Under the pieces are notes generated by a model that was given only the letters and a program-made list of their open reading frames with translations, was not told the DNA's origin and did no database searches. This document shows positions 58,551-64,000 of a DNA stretch of 64,000 nt, in pieces. This DNA comes from Eledone cirrhosa (taxonomy: Eukaryota). Made by a program: the position numbers and the translations under genes. The stretch spans positions 241,490,001 to 241,554,000 of the forward strand of contig OZ024742.1 of the NCBI GenBank assembly GCA_964016885.1, in the 5' to 3' direction. The number at the start of each line of letters is the position of its first letter. The first letter of the stretch is position 1.

Positions 58551-61439
58551 CAAGCCACCAACAGAAATGTAACTCCAAGCCACCAACAGAAATGGAATTC
58601 CAAGCCATTAACAGAAATGGAACTCCAAGCCACCAACAGAAATGGAACTCCAAGCCACCAACAGAAATGGAACTCCAAGCCACCAACAGAAATGAAACTC
58701 CAACCCACCAACAGAAATGGAAAACCAAGCCACTAACAGAAATGGAACTCCAAGTAACCAACAGAAATGGAACTCCAAGCCACTAACAGAAATGGAACTC
58801 CAAGCCACCAACAGAAATGGAACTCCAAACCACCAACAGAAATGTAACTCCAAGCCACCAACAGAAATGGAATTCCAAGCCATTAACAGAAATGGAACTC
58901 CAAGCCACCAACAGAAATGGAACTCCAAGCCACCAACAGAAATGGAACTCCAAGCCACCAACAGAAATGGAACTCCAAGCCACCAACAGAAATGGAACTC
59001 CAAGCCACTAACAGAAATGGAATTCCAAGCGACTAAAAGAAATGGAACTCCAAGCCACCAACAGAAATGGAACTCCAAGCTAACAACAAAAATGGACCTC
59101 CAAGCCACCAACAGAAATGAAACTCCAAGCCACCAACAGAAATGGAACTCCAAGCCACCAACAGAAATAAAACTCCAAGCCAATAACAGAAATGGAACTC
59201 TAAGCCTCCTACAGAAATGGAACTGCAAGCCACTAACATAAATGGAACTCCAAGCCACTAACAGAAATGGAACTCCAAGCCACCAACAGAAATGGAACTC
59301 CAAGCCACCAACAGAAATGGAACTCCAAGCCACCAACAGAAATGGAACTCCAAACCACCAACAGAAATGGAACTCCAAGCCACTAACAGAAATGGAACAC
59401 CAAGCCACCAACAGAAATGGAACACCAAGCCACCAACAGAAATGGAACTCCAAGCCACCAACAGAAATGGAACTCCAAACCACCAACAGAAATGTAACTC
59501 CAAGCCAATAACAGAAATGGAACTCCAAGCCACTAACAGAAATGGAACTCGAAGCGACTAAAAGAAATGGAACTCCAAGCCACCAACAGAAATGGAACAC
59601 CAAGCCACTAACAGAAATGGAACTCCAAGTAACCAACAGAAATGGAAATCCAAGCCACTAACAGAAATGGAACTCCAAGCCACCAACAGAAATGGAACTC
59701 CAAGCAACCAACAGAAATGGAACTCCAAGCCACCAACAGAAATGGAACTCCAAGCCACCAACAGAAATGGAACTCCAAGCCACCAACAGAAATGGAACTC
59801 CAAGCCACCAACAGAAATGGAACTCCAAGCCACCAACAGAAATGGAACTCCAAGCCACCAACAGAAATAAAACTCCAAGCTAACAACAAAAATGGACCTT
59901 CAAGCCACCAACAGAAATGAAACTCCCAGCCACCAACAGAAATGGAACTCCAAGCCAATAACAGAAATGGAACAACAAGCCACCAACAGAAATGGAACAC
60001 CAAGCCACCAACAGAAATGGAACTCCAAGCCACCAACAGAAATGGAACTCCAAACCACCAACAGAAATGTAACTCCAAGCCACCAACAGAAATGGAATTC
60101 CAAGCCATTAACAGAAATGGAACTCCAAGCCACCAACAGAAATGGAACTCCAAGCCATCAACATAAATGGAACTCTAAGCCACCAACAGAAATGGAACTA
60201 CAAGCCACCAACAGAAATAGAACTCCAATCTACCAACAGAAATGGAACTCCAAGCCACCAACAGAAATGGAACTCCAAGCCACCAACAGAAATAGAACTC
60301 CAATCTACCAACAGAAATGGAACTCCAAGCCACCAACAGAAATGGAACTCCAAGCCACTAACAGAATTGGAACTCCAAGCCACCAACAGAAATGGAACTC
60401 CAAGCCACCAACAGAAATGGAACTACAAGCCACCAACAGAAATGGAACTCCAAGCCACCAACAGAAATGGAACTCCAAGCCACCAACATAAATGGAACTC
60501 CAAGCCACCAACAGAAATGGAACTCCAAGCCACCAACAGAAATGGAACTCCAAGCCACCAACAGAAATGGAACTCCAAGCCACCAACAGAAATGGAACTC
60601 CAAGCCACCAACAGAAATGGAACTCCAAACCACCAACAGAAATGGAACTCCAAGATAACAACAGAAATGGACCTCCAAGCCACCAACAGAAATGAAACTC
60701 CAAGCCACCAACAGAAATGGAACTCCAAACCACCAACAGAAATGGAACTCCAAGCCACTAACAGAAATGGAACACCAAGCCACCAACAGAAATGGAACTC
60801 CAAGCCACCAACAGAAATGGAACTCCAAGCCACCAACAGAAATGGAACTCCAAACCACCAACAGAAATGTAACTCCAAGCCAATAACAGAAATGGAACTC
60901 CAAGCCACTAACAGAAATGGAACTCCAAGCGACTAAAAGAAATGGAACTGCAAGCCACCAACAGAAATGGAACACCAAGCCACTAACAGAAATGGAACTC
61001 CAAGTAACCAACAGAAATGGAAATCCAAGCCACTAACAGAAATGGAACTCCAAGCCACCAACAGAAATGGAACTCCAAGCAACCAACAGAAATGGAACTC
61101 CAAGCCACCAACAGAAATGGAACTCCAAGCCACCAACAGAAATGGAACTCCAAGCCACCAACAGAAATGGAACTCCAAGCCACCAACAGAAATGGAACTC
61201 CAAGCCACCAACAGAAATGGAACTCCAAGCCACCAACAGAAATAAAACTCCAAGCTAACAACAAAAATGGACCTTCAAGCCACCAACAGAAATGAAACTC
61301 CAAGCCACCAACAGAAATGGAACTCCAAGCCAATAACAGAAATGGAACTCCAAGCCACCAACAGAAATGGAACACCAAGCCACCAACAGAAATGGAACTG
61401 CAAGCCACCAACAGAAATGGAACTCCAAACCACCAACAG

Positions 61440-64000
61440 AAATGGAACACCAAGCCACCAACAGAAATGGAACTCCAAGCCACCAACAACAATGGAACTC
61501 CAAGCCACCAACAGAAATGGAACTCCAAGCCACCAACAGAAATGGAACTACAAGCCATGAACTGAAACGGAACTCCAAGCCACCAACAGAAATGGAACTC
61601 CAAGCCTCCAACAGAAATGGAACCCCAAGCCACCAACAGAAATGGAACACCAAGCCACCAACAGAAATTGAACTCCAAGTCACTAACAGAATTGGAACTC
61701 TAAGCCACTAACAGAAATGGAAATCCAAGCCACCAACAGAAATGAAACTCCAAGCCAATAACAGAAATTGAACTCCAAGTCACCAACAGAAGTAGAACTC
61801 CAAGCCACCAACAGAAATGGAACTCCAAGCCACCAACAGAAATGGAACTCCAAGCCACCAACAGATATGGAACTCCAAGCTACCAACAGAAATGGAACTC
61901 CAAGCCACTAACAGAAATGGAACTCCAAGCCACCAACAGAAATGGAACTCCAAGCCAGCAACAGAAATGGAACTTCAAGCCACCAACAGAAATGGAACAA
62001 CAAACCACCAACAGAAATGGAACTCCAAGCCACCAACAGAAATGGAACTCCAAGCCACCAACAGAAATGGAACAAGCCACCAACTGAAATGGAACAACAA
62101 GCCACCAACAGAAATGGAACTCCAAGCCACCAACAGAAATGGAACTCCAAGCCACCAACAGAAATGGAACTCCAAGCCACCAACAGAAATGGGACAACAA
62201 GCCACCAACAGAAATGGAACTCCAAGCCACCAACAGAAATGGAACTCCAAGCCACCAACAGAAATGGAACTCCAAGCCACCAACAGAAATGGAACAACAA
62301 GCCACCAACAGAAATGGAACTCCAAGCCACCAACAGAAATGGAACTCCAAGCCACCAACAGAGATGGAACTCCAAGCCACCAACAGAAATGGAACTCTAA
62401 GCCACCAACTGAAATGTAACTCCAAGCCACCAACAGAAATGGAACAACAAGCCACCAACAGAAATGGAACTCCAAGCCACCAACAGAAATGGAACTCCAA
62501 GCCACTAACAGAAATGGAACTCCAAGCCACCAACAGAAATGGAACTCCAAGCCATCAACATAAATGGAACTCTAAGCCACCAACATAAATGGAACTCTAA
62601 GCCACCAACAGAAATGGAACTCCAAGCCACGAACAGAAATGGAATTCCAAGCCATCAACATAAATGGAACTATAAGCCACCAACAGAAATGGAACTCCAA
62701 GCCACCAACAGAAATAGAACTCCAATCTACCAACAGAAATGGAACTCCAAGCCACCAACAGAAATGGAACTCCAAGCCACCAACAGAAATGGAACTCCAA
62801 GCCACCAACAGAAATAGAACTCCAAGCCACTAACAGAAATGGAACGCCAAGCCACCAACAGAAATGGAACTCCAAGCCACTAACAGAAATGGAACTCCAA
62901 ACCACCAACAGAAATGGAACTTCAAGCCACCAACAGAAATGGAACAACAAGCCACCAACAGAAATGGAACTCCATGCCACCAACAGAAATGGAACTCCAA
63001 GCCACTAACAGAAATGGAACTCCAAGCCACCAACAGAAATGGAACTCCAAGCCATCAACAAAAATGGAACTCCAAGCCACCAACAGAAATGGAACTCCAA
63101 GCCACCAACAGAAATGGAACAACAAGCCACCAACAGAAATGGAAATCCAAGCCACCAACAGAAATGGAACTCCAAGCCACCAACAGAAATAGAACTCCAA
63201 TCTACAAACAGAAATGGAACTCCAAGCCACCAACAGAAATGGAACTCCAAGCCACTAACAGAAATGGAACTCCAAGCCACCAACAGAAATGGAACTCCAA
63301 GCCACCAACAGAAATGGAACTCCAAGCCACCAACATAAATGGAACTCCAAGCCACCAACATACATGGAACTCCAAGCCACCAACAGAAATGGAACTCCAA
63401 GCCACCAACATAAATGGAACTCCAAGCCACCTACAGAAATAGAACTCCAATCTACAAACAGAAATGGAACTCCAAGCCACCAACATAAATGGAACTCCAA
63501 GCCACCAACATAAATGGAACTCCAAGCCACCAACAGAAATGGAACTCCAAGCCACCAACAGAAATGGAACACCAAGCCACCAACAGAAATGGAACAACAA
63601 GCCACCAACAGAAATGGAACTCCAAGCCACCAACAGAAATGGAACTCCAAACCACCAACAGAAATTGAACTCCAAGCCACCAACAGAAATGGAATTCCAA
63701 GCCATCAACATAAATGGAACTCCAAGCCACCAACAGAAATGTAACTCCAAGCCACCAACAGACATGGAACTCCAAGCTACCAACAGAAATGGAACTCCAA
63801 GCCACTAACAGAAATGGAACTCCAAGCCAGCAACAGAAATGGAACTCCAAGCCAGCAACAGAAATGGAACTCCAAGCCACCAACAGAAATGGAACAACAA
63901 ACCACCAACAGAAATGGAACTCCAAGCCACCAACAGAAATGGAACTCCAAGCCAGCAACAGAAATGGAACTCCAAGCCACCAACAGAAATGGAACAACAA
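61440..64000 (+). repeat. Divergent monomeric zone of the same satellite, with no long HOR
   Basis: HOR landmarks are absent and a different variant set dominates (AACAACAAGC, CAATCTAC, CATCAACATA, CAGCAAC, AAATTGAAC). It contains many singleton changes and a 22-bp monomer at ~62051-62072. Confidence 0.85.

Larger units (their letters stand above)
1..61440 (+). repeat. HOR domain: ordered series of variant monomers, modal period about 1,750-1,775 bp (70-71 monomers), with many length variants
   Basis: The landmark TAAGCCTCCTACAGAAATGGAACTGC, or a close variant, occurs at 1301, 2401, 3476, 4851, 6151, 6876, 8676, 11601, 14251, 16001, 17577, 19602, 22252, 24002, 25577, 27327, 29102, 39801, 43726, 45476, 47476, 49226, 52076, 54326, 56076, 58276 and 59201. 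A spacing of exactly 1750 occurs six times, and flanking variants follow in a conserved order. Confidence 0.9.
1..64000 (+). repeat. Tandem satellite array, 25-bp monomer CAAGCCACCAACAGAAATGGAACTC, about 2,560 copies in one orientation, running off both window edges
   Basis: Every line is the 25-mer or a variant with a few substitutions. The register is kept across 64 kb apart from three small indels (+1 at ~17250, -1 at ~32147, -3 at ~62073). Confidence 0.99.

Noticed and set aside
8-64000. Hundreds of ORFs (62-509 aa) on both strands, including membrane-protein-like W/C/F-rich ones
   Set aside because: They overlap in all six frames and have a non-triplet 25-bp period. They have no unique domains and start or stop wherever variants happen to fall, so they are translation artefacts.
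1-64000. CRISPR array (25-bp repeat with a partial palindrome)
   Set aside because: The repeats are directly adjacent with no unique spacers, and there is no leader or cas gene.
1-64000. Human satellite II/III identity via the AATGGAA motif
   Set aside because: There is only one AATGG per 25 bp and the rest of the monomer is unlike (GGAAT)n arrays. A 7-bp match is insufficient.
1-64000. Chi-like site GTTGGTGG on the - strand (7/8 match to E. coli Chi, GCTGGTGG)
   Set aside because: The match is imperfect and there is no evidence of a bacterial RecBCD context.
1-64000. G-quadruplex on the - strand (GGTGGCTTGG)
   Set aside because: There are only three GG doublets per monomer, the next is 15 nt away, and there are no GGG tracts. 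At best this is a weak two-tier structure.
1-64000. Variant monomers acting as an information-storage code or diversity cassette
   Set aside because: The variant order is fully explained by point mutation plus block duplication. No recombinase, reverse transcriptase or expression site is present in the window.

Overview
The whole 64-kb window is one head-to-tail tandem array of a 25-bp monomer, consensus CAAGCCACCAACAGAAATGGAACTC (about 2,560 copies, 48% GC, no CpG in the consensus, A/C-rich on + and T/G-rich on -). I see no unique sequence, inversion, gene, RNA gene, mobile element or CRISPR spacer. The ORF track is an artefact: the consensus has no stop codon in any frame and 25 is not divisible by 3, so each strand gives one 25-aa periodic peptide. 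The informative structure lies in the variant monomers. They form an ordered higher-order repeat (HOR) of modal length about 1,750 bp (70 monomers), remodelled by nested in-register duplications (about 175, 275, 850, 1075, 2000, 2200, 2925, 3325, 3500, 3750, 3925 and 8000 bp). There are also regional variant subfamilies, one haplotype found only near both ends of the window, and a divergent monomeric zone at the right end. This reads as eukaryotic-type satellite DNA, either (peri)centromeric or a long-repeat telomeric/subtelomeric array. Organism and function cannot be determined from the window alone. Block boundaries were read by eye and are approximate.
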